Source of the DNA: an uncultured Chloroflexia bacterium | GTDB taxonomy: Bacteria > Chloroflexota > Dehalococcoidia > SZUA-161 | NCBI GenBank assembly: GCA_963827295.1 | Contig: CAWHAI010000015.1 | Location: forward strand, 9,407-73,406 | Length of the DNA: 64,000 bases | Direction of reading: 5' to 3' | In this document: piece after piece, positions 1-9,334 of the stretch | Numbering within the stretch: position 1 is the stretch's first letter | Layout: each line of letters opens with the position of its first letter | Notes under the pieces: model-generated | What the model was told of the DNA's origin: nothing | The model's database searches: none | Seen by the model: only the letters and a program-made list of their open reading frames with translations | Position numbers and translations under genes: made by a program

Positions 1-120
1 GAAATTGTTCCATTTTTCAGCTTTTTGCTCCTTGAAATCCTTACCTTCCTGTCCGTTGAAAATCACTTGTTGCTCTAAGTTCAAAGATTCTCTCCCTGAA
101 ACTTGTCGTTTGCGCCCTTT

Positions 121-1131
121 TCAAAACGTGCTGTAATCCAGCGTTGCGGTGTTCATCCCCACCGTTAAGAGCCGGTCGTTGGCTCCTTTATCGACCACCT
201 CGATGCGGGTCACCGCCGTATCATTGGTCTTGCGAAGCACCCTGGCCCTGGTTCGGAATGGGCCAAGTTTCCCCTGAGCTAAGTAGTGTATTGTCATATC
301 CCTCGTTATCAAGGGTTTGCCAGTACCCGCACGAGCTGCGCACTGTCCCGCTAAGTCAGCAAGAAGAGCAACAATCCCACCCTGGATTGCTCCGAAACTG
401 TTGCGCACGTAATCGCTCATTTTGATTTCGACAATGCCTGCCATATCATCCAGAATCTGGATCCCAACTTCATCCAGATAGCACCTGGAAAGCCCTGACC
501 CCTCGACGGCGAAGTTCATACCACTGACTGAGTCCACCTCGATCTCGATGGTATCCTTTTTTCGAGGGAGCCTTGAGAAAGTCATCACTGCGGATCCTAT
601 CGACGTACCAGGCTGGGTGGAGCTACCTAATTCTTCGCTGATATCCACGTCGATGACATTCATGCTTTGTCCTGCTCTGATGACTGTGCCAGATGCAACG
701 ACAGTACCTGACATAGCTGGTCTGGTTGTGTATATCGAGAGACCAGCTGTGGCGATCCAGTCGGGATAAATCGCCCTAATTGCGAGAGAGGCGCCAAGAA
801 TATCCACGAGTGTAGCTACAATCCCAACGTGCACACCCCCTCGCTCAGTGCAGATCTCTGGGCACGACTGGTGCTCGTACCATACATCGGGTCTTCTCTT
901 GAAACTCAACTGAGATGAGAAGATCTCGCAGCATATGATGCAGCGGCGGATAGTCATCAGTGATGGCTGCACTATGTTCGTTGTTTTCCAATTCCGGCAT
1001 AATCCATGTCTTTGTATATAGAAGTCAGCTATCGTTGTGCAGTGAAGAGTACACTCTCCTGCATATGCGACCAGCTTCAAGAGCATTGGAGCGGTTGTCT
1101 CTATGTTACCCGAGCTATCGACGCTAATCAA
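121..1131 (-). CDS. tandem hotdog-fold (PaaI/4HBT-type) thioesterase-like protein
   Basis: 336-aa ORF. It has two copies of the PaaI-type core motif (GGVHVGIVATLVDILGASLA and FGAIQGGIVALLADLAGQCAA). The Cys-rich first ~58 aa look non-native, so Met59 (start 957) may be the true start. Confidence 0.55.
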   Translation of the reverse strand: MISVDSSGNIETTAPMLLKLVAYAGECTLHCTTIADFYIQRHGLCRNWKTTNIVQPSLMTIRRCIICCEIFSSQLSFKRRPDVWYEHQSCPEICTERGGVHVGIVATLVDILGASLAIRAIYPDWIATAGLSIYTTRPAMSGTVVASGTVIRAGQSMNVIDVDISEELGSSTQPGTSIGSAVMTFSRLPRKKDTIEIEVDSVSGMNFAVEGSGLSRCYLDEVGIQILDDMAGIVEIKMSDYVRNSFGAIQGGIVALLADLAGQCAARAGTGKPLITRDMTIHYLAQGKLGPFRTRARVLRKTNDTAVTRIEVVDKGANDRLLTVGMNTATLDYSTF

Positions 1132-1447
1132 GTCGAACTCATCGCTTGAAACTAGGTAGTGTCGGGAGGAGATGTTGCAGGAAAATGAGTACTCTGAAAG
1201 GCAATGTTGAACGGTATCTTGACAGTATCTTTGGGGTCAATCTGGCTGAGGGATCAGATTTCACCGAACCGATAGCCGACTTGACACTAAGACTATATGG
1301 GGATATCATAAAATCCCCTAAGATGAGTCTAAGTAGCTGTTGTCAGTAAAATGAGAAATCCCGGGTGATGTAAATAACCCAAACAATCAGGTGCGTTCGC
1401 AAGCAGAGTGTGGATTTCTTCGATTATTGGACTATAAGGAGGAAACA

Positions 1448-2599
1448 ATGAGGAGAAGAGTGGCAATAGTCGGATATGCCCAATCTCATCATCAGCACAA
1501 TATGCAGAAAACCAGAGAGGACATGGTCTTTGAAGTCTGCAAAGAGGCTTTGCACAATGCTGGCATCCTGAGAGAGGATCTGGATACTGTGATCACCGCC
1601 TCTACGGATTTTCTGGATGGCAGGACGATTTCAAGCGTCTTTCTCAGCATGGCCGTTGGAGCTTTCATGAAGGATGAATCTAAAGTAGAGGAAGACGGGA
1701 CTTTTGCGCTCTACTATGCTTTGATGAGAATACTTGCCGGCACCCATGATGTAGCTCTGGTAGAAGCACATACACAGGGCTCGACTTTGAATCCCCATCA
1801 GGTAACCTGTTACACCCTTGATCCATTATTTGATCGGCAGATAGGCGTGCTCAATGACATTGCTGCTGCTGCTCTTCAGGCGAGGGTGTACATGAACAGG
1901 CACAGTGTGTCAGAAAAGCATCTGGCAATGGTAGCCGTTAAGAACATCACCAATGCCGCCAAGAATCCTAACGCACACAGGAAGATGCCAGCCTTAAGCG
2001 TGAAAGAGGTAATGAGTTCAAAAGTATTTTGCGATCCTATCAGAGAGCTAACGATGTCCCCCATTAGCGATGGTGCATGTGCTGTAATACTTGCCTCTGA
2101 GGAGAAAGCCAAGAAGTTTACCGACAAACCCGTATGGATAGAAGGAGTCGGTACTTGCCAGGCCCCCTATCTACGGGACAGAAATCTCCAGAAGCTCGAT
2201 TCCCTCCAGACGGCTGCCAGAACAGCCTACAAGATGGCTGGTATAAGAAATCCCTTGTCTGACCTGGATGTTGCTGAGGTTTCTGAGAAATTCGCTCATG
2301 AGGAATTGATGATTTACGAAGCCTTGGGTCTATGTAAAGAAGGTCAGGGGAAAAATTTGATTGAAACGGGCACAACTCGCAGAGATGGTAGTATGCCAGT
2401 GAATCCGAGCGGGGGAGCACTGGGTGCTGACCCTATTTGCGCTACCGGGTTGATAAGGGTGATAGAAGCGGCAAAACAGATAAAGGGCGAAGCAGGTAGG
2501 TATCAGGTGCCTGGCGTCCGTAGGGCTCTTGCCCACGGACAATTTGGGATGTGTGCCCAGAAGAATACAGTCTATATACTGGGAGGCAAAGGATCATGA
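1448..2599 (+). CDS. thiolase-fold protein (SCP-x/lipid-transfer-protein-like), canonical nucleophilic Cys not evident
   Basis: ATG at 1448 preceded by AAGGAGG. N-terminus RRVAIVGYAQ and C-terminus NPSGGALGADPICATG are thiolase-like. The expected C-[AS]-S-G nucleophile position reads EEDGTFAL. Confidence 0.75.
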   Translation: MRRRVAIVGYAQSHHQHNMQKTREDMVFEVCKEALHNAGILREDLDTVITASTDFLDGRTISSVFLSMAVGAFMKDESKVEEDGTFALYYALMRILAGTHDVALVEAHTQGSTLNPHQVTCYTLDPLFDRQIGVLNDIAAAALQARVYMNRHSVSEKHLAMVAVKNITNAAKNPNAHRKMPALSVKEVMSSKVFCDPIRELTMSPISDGACAVILASEEKAKKFTDKPVWIEGVGTCQAPYLRDRNLQKLDSLQTAARTAYKMAGIRNPLSDLDVAEVSEKFAHEELMIYEALGLCKEGQGKNLIETGTTRRDGSMPVNPSGGALGADPICATGLIRVIEAAKQIKGEAGRYQVPGVRRALAHGQFGMCAQKNTVYILGGKGS

Positions 2600-3840
2600 A
2601 GAGAAATGTGGCAATAATCGGTTGCGGGCAAACAAAACATTCGAGCAGGCGCAGAGATGTTAACGTGGCTGAACTGGTATCGGAGGCGGTCTTTAATGCG
2701 CTGGAAGACGCCAAGGTAAGTTTGCGCGAGGTGGACGCCTTTGTAGTTGGCAATATGCCGGGATTCGGTGGTATTGCCCAGCCGGAACAATGGTTAGGCG
2801 AATGGATTGGTGCCGCGGGAAAACCCGTCATCAGGATCGCCACCGGTGGGACGACCGGGGGATCGGTCGGACAGGGTGGTTACTATACCGTTGCCTCGGG
2901 ACTTCACGATGTAGTTGTAGCCGTTGCCTGGGAAAAACATTCGGATAGCAAAGAGAAGGGGGCCACGACCGGGCTCATACATGTCGGACTGGGCAATCTC
3001 TTCCACGCCAGCGCTTACGGCTTGAATCTTAAGAACCTGGTTGCCACCTCTGTGGTAGGAGCCGCTGCTGGCGTTGCCGTCTATCAGGCAACATTCTACA
3101 TGCATAGGTCGGGGTGCAGCATCAAACACTTCGATATGGTAGCAGCAAAGGCAAGGCGAAATGCTGCCAAGAACAAATATGCTCATCTTCAGTGGCCAGG
3201 GTGTACTCCAGAGGATATTGCCAAAACCGAGATGATCACATATCCCTTCAGATACGGCCATGTCTGCCCGGCAAGCGACGGTGCCTCAGCAATTGTCGTG
3301 GCTGAGGAGACCGTGGCCAAGAAGAAAGCCAAGCAACCAGCCTGGTTCAAGGGACTCGCCTCCTATTCGGACGAGGAGAACCAGTTACAGAGTGAGAATT
3401 TCGGTGGCGTTGGGGTAACCGATCCCTCTGAACAAAGGGGAGCCTGGCTATCAGCAATGAAGTCATACAGGATGGCGGGAATAAGGGATCCCCAAAAAGA
3501 GATTGACATGGCGGAGATATACCAGCCATTCCCAAGTCAGGAGTTGATATTTGCTGAAAGACTGGGCTTGTTTGATGAAGGCACGGCCTGGAAAGCTCTC
3601 GAAAAAGGCGAGACCGATATTAATGGAAGAATGCCCCTGGATCCGTCAGGCGGCGTCAACGCCACCAACGCCATCGGATCCTCTGCAATGCAGCGGATTC
3701 TTGAGTGCGCTTTGCAGATAATGGGCAAGGCGGAAGAGCATCAGGTCCCGAAGAAAGTGCGCAACGCCGTTGCCCATGGCTGGGGGGGCGTAACCAATTA
3801 CACCACAGTCACAGTTTTAGGGGATTCCCCCGGGAGGTAG
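2596..3840 (+). CDS. thiolase-fold protein paralog (SCP-x-like), canonical nucleophilic Cys not evident
   Basis: ATGA start/stop overlap with the upstream gene at 2596-2599. N-terminus KRNVAIIGCGQTKH. The nucleophile region reads IATGGTTGGSVGQ. C-terminus DPSGGVNATNAIG. Confidence 0.75.
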   Translation: MKRNVAIIGCGQTKHSSRRRDVNVAELVSEAVFNALEDAKVSLREVDAFVVGNMPGFGGIAQPEQWLGEWIGAAGKPVIRIATGGTTGGSVGQGGYYTVASGLHDVVVAVAWEKHSDSKEKGATTGLIHVGLGNLFHASAYGLNLKNLVATSVVGAAAGVAVYQATFYMHRSGCSIKHFDMVAAKARRNAAKNKYAHLQWPGCTPEDIAKTEMITYPFRYGHVCPASDGASAIVVAEETVAKKKAKQPAWFKGLASYSDEENQLQSENFGGVGVTDPSEQRGAWLSAMKSYRMAGIRDPQKEIDMAEIYQPFPSQELIFAERLGLFDEGTAWKALEKGETDINGRMPLDPSGGVNATNAIGSSAMQRILECALQIMGKAEEHQVPKKVRNAVAHGWGGVTNYTTVTVLGDSPGR

Positions 3841-3845
3841 AAAAG

Positions 3846-4349
3846 ATGGCATATATAAAGGAAGAACGACCACAGACAATCGGGGTCAAAGGTACATGGA
3901 TTCTGAGTGCTTATCACTATAAGGGTCCCAGACTCATAGAAGAATACGTTAAGGGTCTCAAACGGAAGAAACTGATCGGCTCATTCTGCCCGGGTTGTGC
4001 CAAGGTGATTGTGCCGCCCAGGAACTTGTGCGGAAGATGTCATCAGATAATGGATGGACGAAAGACCGTTAGTGACAAGGGAACCATTACCTGCTTCGTA
4101 GTCAGTCCCCCCATATTTAAAGGGCAATTGAAGGTCATCGGAATGGATCCGGTGGAAACAGGCTTGATAAAGGATGGTGAAGTGGTCATACCAGTGTTCG
4201 TTAAGTTCGATGGGTCAGACTCAAACACGGATACAATATTGCTGAACGCGGATCCGAAGGCCGTTCACATAGGGATGAGGGTCAAAGTTATCTGGGCGAA
4301 GAAGCCGCAAGGTGCGCTAAGCGATTTTGAAGGTGTTGAGCCTCTTTGA
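3846..4349 (+). CDS. DUF35 OB-fold/zinc-ribbon protein (thiolase-associated)
   Basis: Internal Met (MAYIKEE) lies 6 nt after the upstream stop. It has the Zn-ribbon CPGCAKVIVPPRNLCGRCH followed by an OB-fold-like segment. Confidence 0.75.
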   Translation: MAYIKEERPQTIGVKGTWILSAYHYKGPRLIEEYVKGLKRKKLIGSFCPGCAKVIVPPRNLCGRCHQIMDGRKTVSDKGTITCFVVSPPIFKGQLKVIGMDPVETGLIKDGEVVIPVFVKFDGSDSNTDTILLNADPKAVHIGMRVKVIWAKKPQGALSDFEGVEPL

Positions 4350-4359
4350 GGGACATCGG

Positions 4360-4863
4360 ATGGCATCGTCAACTACTTGGGGAGGGATAGAAACGATGAA
4401 AAGCAAATCGGAGATCGTTGAGGTACAGGCCCTGCCGTTTGTTGCTAACTTCAGTTGGGCAACAGGCTTCCTGATGCAGAGGTTTATCAAAGAACTTGCC
4501 AATAAGAAAATCCTGGCAGCAAAATGTCCCAGATGCGGATATACTTATATGCCCCCAAGATCCAGATGCGGAAAATGTTATACCAAAATAGAAGAAAAGA
4601 ACCTGATAACTCTCTCTGGGAAAGGTACTCTGCTGAGCTATACGACTGCGTACGTGAAATTGGATGGCGAGGGAAACTTCCTGGATTTGGAGAAACCAGT
4701 GATAATCGGGGCAATAAAGTTAGATAATGCTGATTCAACGATATTCATGCCTATTGAAGGAATTAAGCCCCGGGACCTGGTCGAGGGTCTTAAAGTCAAG
4801 GTCCAGTGGCAGCAGGAGACAAAAGGGGAACTGTCAGACATAAGGTGTTTCAAACCTGCTTAG
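4360..4863 (+). CDS. DUF35 OB-fold/zinc-ribbon protein, second copy
   Basis: Zn-ribbon CPRCGYTYMPPRSRCGKCY. The start is ambiguous: ATG 4360, or ATG 4396 with an upstream GGGGAGGG. Confidence 0.7.
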   Translation: MASSTTWGGIETMKSKSEIVEVQALPFVANFSWATGFLMQRFIKELANKKILAAKCPRCGYTYMPPRSRCGKCYTKIEEKNLITLSGKGTLLSYTTAYVKLDGEGNFLDLEKPVIIGAIKLDNADSTIFMPIEGIKPRDLVEGLKVKVQWQQETKGELSDIRCFKPA

Positions 4864-4947
4864 GTGGGAGATCTAACAGGGCGGGCTTTGACAATAAAAA
4901 GAAGCGGTGCATAGCAATTCGATGGGATACGAAGGAGGTTAGCTAAG

Positions 4948-5887
4948 ATGGCCAGAATGCCCAAACTGATAATCACCTGCGCGTTGACTGGATCTGCGGT
5001 AGGTCCATCGCAAACGCCATACCTACCTATAACCCCACAACAGATAGCTGACGAAGCGTATAGAGCGTACAAAGCAGGAGCGGCAGTAGTGCACGTACAC
5101 GTAAGGAATCCAGAGGATGGTAGTCGCGACTGCTGATTTGAAGATCTGGAGAGAAACACTCACAAAAATCAAGGAAAAATGCAACGTAGTGATTTGCCCC
5201 ACCACCGGTGGCGGCTTTGGCATGACTGCGGAACAGAGAATAGCAGTTGTTCCCGAGTTTGAGCCCGAGATGTGCTCCCTGGACGTTGAAAGCATGAACT
5301 TTAGCGTGTTTCCAATCGCAGAAAAGATTAAGGAATGGAAGTATCCCTGGGAGAAAATGGTGGTGGAATTGTCCAAGGATTTCGTTTTCAAAAACACTTT
5401 CGCAGACCTGGAAGTATTTACTAAAACCATGAAGAAGCACAATGTCAAGCCAGAGATCGAAATCTACGGCACAAATGGACTCTACAACACCGGCTTCCTT
5501 GTTAGAGCAGGCCAACTGGACTTCCCGGTGCATATACAGTATGTCCTTGGAGTCCTGGGTGGTACATTCTCCACACCATACGAACTTATGCACCTTCAGA
5601 CAGAAACGCATAGATGGTTAGGTGCGGATAACTTCACATGGTCTGTCATCGGCATCGGCTATCCCGCAGAGTTCCACCTTGGAGCCGTAGCTATGGCCAT
5701 GGGTGGCCATGTGAGAGTGGGGATAGAAGACAACATATTCGTCAAATACAAGGTGCTGGCCAAGAGCAATGCGGAGTTAGTAGAGAAAATCCGCAAAATC
5801 GCCGAACTTTTCGAAAGGGAAATCGCCACACCCGATGATGCAAGACAACTGCTTGGCCTTAAGGGCATGAACAAGGTGAAGTTTTAG
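4948..5887 (+). pseudogene. BKACE-family (3-keto-5-aminohexanoate cleavage enzyme-like, DUF849) protein, one frameshift in this assembly
   Basis: N-terminus PKLIITCALTGS...AGAAVVHVHVRNPEDG (frame 1) ends at 5136. The family sequence continues in frame 2 (ADLKIWRETL...CPTTGGG) from ~5125. Confidence 0.75.
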
Positions 5888-5994
5888 CACGGCCAGGGTG
5901 TTCAAGCAGGTCTGAAGACGCAGCATTTACAACGGACGACCGTTACAAAGGTAATCGTAGCTGGCCCGTTCGGCTTCGTAGACTGAGGGTTAGT

Positions 5995-6756
5995 TCAATC
6001 CTCCAGTATGGCTACTACGCGGCTCCAGGCAGCGCTACCGCCCGCAAGTTTCACCGGGAAGCAAACGACTTTAAAACCGAAGGGCCATGGAAGATGGTCT
6101 AGATTAGCAAGCTTCTCTATATGACAATACTCTTTCTCTATGCCCGCGTAGTGTGCTCCCCACAGCAAACTTTTATCGCCTGTCCGAGCGAATTCTTCCT
6201 TCAAAGCCCAGAACGGCCGATCCCACCCCCAGGCATCAATCCCCATAACCCTGACGCCCTGATCAATTAACCAGATAGTAGAATCCCTGGTCATACCACA
6301 TCCAGCTTCGAAATATTCCGGTTTCCCCCACAATTTGTCTGCGCCAGTTTGTATCAGGACAATGTCCCAGGGCTTAATCTTATAGTTGATTTTAGCCAGG
6401 GCTTTCTGAAGGTCATCAACGCTTACGCCCGAGCCACGCGCCTTATGTCTCATGTCCAGTACTACGCCGTCACTATAGAACCATTCCAGTGGCATTTCAT
6501 CGATGGTTCTGGCCCTTCTCCCCTCAGAGACAGGGGAATAATGCCAGGGTGCATCAACATGAGTCCCAGCATGGGAAATCATGTTTACTGTGTCATTGGC
6601 CCAGCCTAATCCCTCAGGCAGGTCCCCCTCGGTGCAACCGAAGAACATCTTCATCACCTCGATGCTCAGTCTGTGTTCCTCATGACTCACCTTCACCGGA
6701 ATGGGTTCGCTGGGGCTAGCTTCGGTGGGTACGCTCAAATCAATTAATCTTTTCAT
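5995..6756 (-). CDS. cyclase-family metal-dependent hydrolase (kynurenine-formamidase-like)
   Basis: 253-aa ORF with the HxGTHxDxPxH motif (SHAGTHVDAPWH). Confidence 0.75.
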   Translation of the reverse strand: MKRLIDLSVPTEASPSEPIPVKVSHEEHRLSIEVMKMFFGCTEGDLPEGLGWANDTVNMISHAGTHVDAPWHYSPVSEGRRARTIDEMPLEWFYSDGVVLDMRHKARGSGVSVDDLQKALAKINYKIKPWDIVLIQTGADKLWGKPEYFEAGCGMTRDSTIWLIDQGVRVMGIDAWGWDRPFWALKEEFARTGDKSLLWGAHYAGIEKEYCHIEKLANLDHLPWPFGFKVVCFPVKLAGGSAAWSRVVAILED

Positions 6757-6826
6757 CTCGCATCCTTAAAGAAGAAGCCCTGTGGTCAAGAGCTGCAGGC
6801 TGTGGTAGCTACAGATTGACCTTACC

Positions 6827-7378
6827 CTATTCGGGCCTACCTAGAGCGCAAAGAACAAAGTAACCTTGAAGCGAATATTCCTTACCCCATGGAAGCTTAT
6901 GATGCCCTTGGCCAAGAAAAACACCATCGTCAATCCTTTTCAGTTCGTCACGCAGGCCAAAAAGGCTTGAGGGAAAATGGGGATAGGTTACTGCGAGGCA
7001 AGGGTTCTGGTCAAATAGTGACTTCTCAACAAAGGTATTTATTCCGAATCGCTGAGGGAAAATGCGATTGCGAAATAGGTTGGTTCCTCTACCCTTTTCT
7101 ACTCCGTCAAACGGAGTGATGAATCTCTTCCCCGTCCAGCGGGCTAGAGGGTTATCAAAGGCAATAGCTAAGGCTGTTTTTCTCCACCACCCAGCCCTGG
7201 GATTCAAAGCTAGAAAACTCCCCGTGGTATCGCCTTCGATCTCATCGAAAGAAGGCGCCTTGCCTTCCTTGAATAACTTGTGGAAATCATCGAAGGAATA
7301 TTTTTTGAATTTGGCGATGATTGCTTGGGCATCTTCAAGAGAATGACGTTTTGCCAACTTCAACTTCGTGGTGTTCAT
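6827..7378 (-). CDS. hypothetical protein (possibly GXWXG/DUF4334-like)
   Basis: 183-aa ORF. It contains ARWTGKRF and a C-terminal LRDELKRIDDGVFLGQG segment. The family assignment is from memory only. Confidence 0.35.
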   Translation of the reverse strand: MNTTKLKLAKRHSLEDAQAIIAKFKKYSFDDFHKLFKEGKAPSFDEIEGDTTGSFLALNPRAGWWRKTALAIAFDNPLARWTGKRFITPFDGVEKGRGTNLFRNRIFPQRFGINTFVEKSLFDQNPCLAVTYPHFPSSLFGLRDELKRIDDGVFLGQGHHKLPWGKEYSLQGYFVLCALGRPE

Positions 7379-7588
7379 AGTATCCCCTTTCCTCTCTCCA
7401 TGCTTAGGCTAGCCACCAATCATCGTGGCATTTGATGCATTCTACTGCGAAATGTATAATGGCGCAAGAAGTCCGCGGAATCCTATAGTAATAGTGCCCT
7501 AGAAATGTCGCCTCAGTCTGAAAAGCGACGTCTCTAGATGTCCTAAAAGTTTCATAGTACCCTGACCTGCCCCCGGAAATGGTACCAC

Positions 7589-8440
7589 TTACAGAGTTAG
7601 AGGTACGAGCATTTTAGCTTCAGGAGCTGGTGGCTTGTAACGCAACGAGCTATGCGGCCGGAACTGATTATATTCTTTCCTCCAGTCGGCAATCAATACC
7701 TTAGCCTCGGTCAGTGTGGTGAAGATTTCCCGGTTGAGCAGTTCATCCCTCAATTTGCCGTTGAATGATTCGATATACCCGTTCTCCCAGGGGCTGCCTG
7801 GCTCGATGAAGAGGGTCTTTACACCCAGGCGATTTAACCATCTCCTGACCTCCCTCGCGGTAAACTCCGGGCCATTATCGGAGCGGATGTGCTCCGGAAT
7901 GCCCCTCAGGACAAACAGGTTAAACAGCTGGTCGATGACATCCTGCGCCGTGATGCGCCGCTCGACCAGTATTGCCAGACATTCCCGGGTGTACTCATCA
8001 AGTATAGTCAGTAGCTTGAAGGCTCTGCCGTCAGCCGTTCTCGACACCACGAAATCATAGCTCCAGACATGGTCCTTATGTTCCGGCCGGAGCCGGATAC
8101 ACGAGCCATCATTAAGCCATAGCCTTCCCCGCTTGGGTTGTTTCTGGGGCACCTTCAGGCCTTCTTGTCTCCAGATTCTTTCCACTCTCTTGTGATTCAC
8201 CTGCCAGCCTCTGTCCTGGAGTAAAGCCGTTATGCGGCGGTAACCGTATCGGCCGTACCTGGTTGCCAGGGTAGTGATATCGGCCACCAGCCTTAATTCT
8301 TTCGGGCTTGTCTCATGACTGTGGCGCTGGGTGTTTCTGGCTTGTCCCAGCACCAGGCAAGCCCGCCTCTCGGAGACTTTAAGCTGTTCACGCACTCTGG
8401 TGATTACCCGACGTCTCCGGGACGGGCTTAGAAGTTTCCC
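7589..8440 (-). CDS. IS3-family transposase OrfB (DDE integrase core), expressed as OrfAB by -1 frameshift
   Basis: A -1 frame from GGGAAAC reads GKLLSPSRRRRVITRVREQLKVSERRA and joins the 268-aa ORF. DDE residues lie in SYDF, SDNGPEF and ENGYIESFNGKLRDE. Confidence 0.85.
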   Translation of the reverse strand, partial: GKLLSPSRRRRVITRVREQLKVSERRACLVLGQARNTQRHSHETSPKELRLVADITTLATRYGRYGYRRITALLQDRGWQVNHKRVERIWRQEGLKVPQKQPKRGRLWLNDGSCIRLRPEHKDHVWSYDFVVSRTADGRAFKLLTILDEYTRECLAILVERRITAQDVIDQLFNLFVLRGIPEHIRSDNGPEFTAREVRRWLNRLGVKTLFIEPGSPWENGYIESFNGKLRDELLNREIFTTLTEAKVLIADWRKEYNQFRPHSSLRYKPPAPEAKMLVPLTL

Positions 8441-8706
8441 CGGGCAGCCTCTTTAAGGATGGCATTGTCCAGTGAGATATCAGCCACCAGCTTCTTCAGC
8501 CGGGTGTTCTCCTTCTCCAGTTCCTTGAGGCGCTTGGCCTGCTCCACCCGCATGCCACCGTATTCCCTACGCCAGCGATAATAAGTCTGCTCGGTGACAC
8601 CCAGCTTCCTGCTAGCTTCACCTACTGTGGCGCCCTGGCTAAGCAGTACCTCAGCCTCACGCAGCTTGTTGATGATCTGTTCGGGTTTGAATGCCTTTTT
8701 AACCAT
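8428..8706 (-). CDS. IS3-family transposase OrfA (HTH)
   Basis: 92 aa, ...KLREAEVLLSQG...YYRWRREYGGM...leucine zipper...ARGNF*. The slippery heptamer G GGA AAC is on the minus strand at 8434-8440. Confidence 0.85.
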   Translation of the reverse strand: MVKKAFKPEQIINKLREAEVLLSQGATVGEASRKLGVTEQTYYRWRREYGGMRVEQAKRLKELEKENTRLKKLVADISLDNAILKEAARGNF

Positions 8707-8821
8707 TGGCTGCCCCCCTTCTTATTGTATTTCCAGTCTAACATTAAAACTGGTGCCGTTTTGGGGGGGCAGGTCACTCAAAGCTAACGGTGTATCAACC
8801 TATTGCTCAGTAGAGCCTATA

Positions 8822-9124
8822 ATGCCATGCAAGGAAAGCGACCCTATCGAAATCATTAAGAGATTAAGGAATTGTGTTGACTTGTTTGAATTTGGTAAGT
8901 GGTCGCCATACATCATGAAGGGTATTCCCGTAACCTACAATGAGGACTACTATGTGGGTCTTTTCGGGAAGTTAATCCCATATTGTGAGCAAGGGGGAAT
9001 CAAATACTGCATTGCTTCACATTCTGAACCTTTTTTGAAGTCTAACGGTTTCAAGTTCATCCCATACCAGTTAGTATCAGATAGACCTTATCCCAATCCA
9101 AATGACCAATCGGCAAAAATCTAG
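8822..9124 (+). CDS. hypothetical protein
   Basis: The first Met outside the IS end gives a 100-aa ORF. No recognisable motif. Confidence 0.3.
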   Translation: MPCKESDPIEIIKRLRNCVDLFEFGKWSPYIMKGIPVTYNEDYYVGLFGKLIPYCEQGGIKYCIASHSEPFLKSNGFKFIPYQLVSDRPYPNPNDQSAKI

Positions 9125-9169
9125 TCAATCACCCTTGACATTTGGCATTACTGGTATTACAATAATGAC

Positions 9170-9334
9170 ATGAAAAAGAGAGTATCAAGAAGAATTCCAA
9201 ATATGTCCATAAGGATAAGTCGGGAAGCAGTTAAGCAAGCTAAAATAGAAGCTGTTAAAGCTGATATGACAATTGGGGAATGGTTAGAAGCTGCTATTAG
9301 GGAGAAGATTGAGAGGGATTTGAAGAAAGCGTGA
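9170..9334 (+). CDS. small ribbon-helix-helix (CopG/Arc-like) DNA-binding protein
   Basis: 54-aa ORF below the track cutoff: MKKRVSRRIPNMSIRISREAVKQAKIEAVKADMTIGEWLEAAIREKIERDLKKA. The beta-strand then two-helix pattern is typical of RHH proteins. Confidence 0.5.
   Translation: MKKRVSRRIPNMSIRISREAVKQAKIEAVKADMTIGEWLEAAIREKIERDLKKA

Larger units (their letters stand above)
7563..8776 (-). mobile_element. IS3-family insertion sequence (1214 bp)
   Basis: Imperfect terminal inverted repeats: TGACCTGCCCCCGGAAATGGTACCAC at 7563 versus the reverse complement of the 8776 end, TGACCTGCCCCCCCAAAACGGCACCAG. OrfA and OrfB lie inside. No clear target-site duplication. Confidence 0.85.

Noticed and set aside
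1146-1349. 67-aa ORF in the divergent promoter region between the hotdog and thiolase genes
   Set aside because: It has no RBS and no motif, and it lies in an intergenic control region.
8594-8821. N-terminal 76 aa of the 176-aa ORF 8594-9124
   Set aside because: This part is antisense to IS3 OrfA and crosses the IS terminal repeat. Only the portion after 8822 can belong to a host gene.
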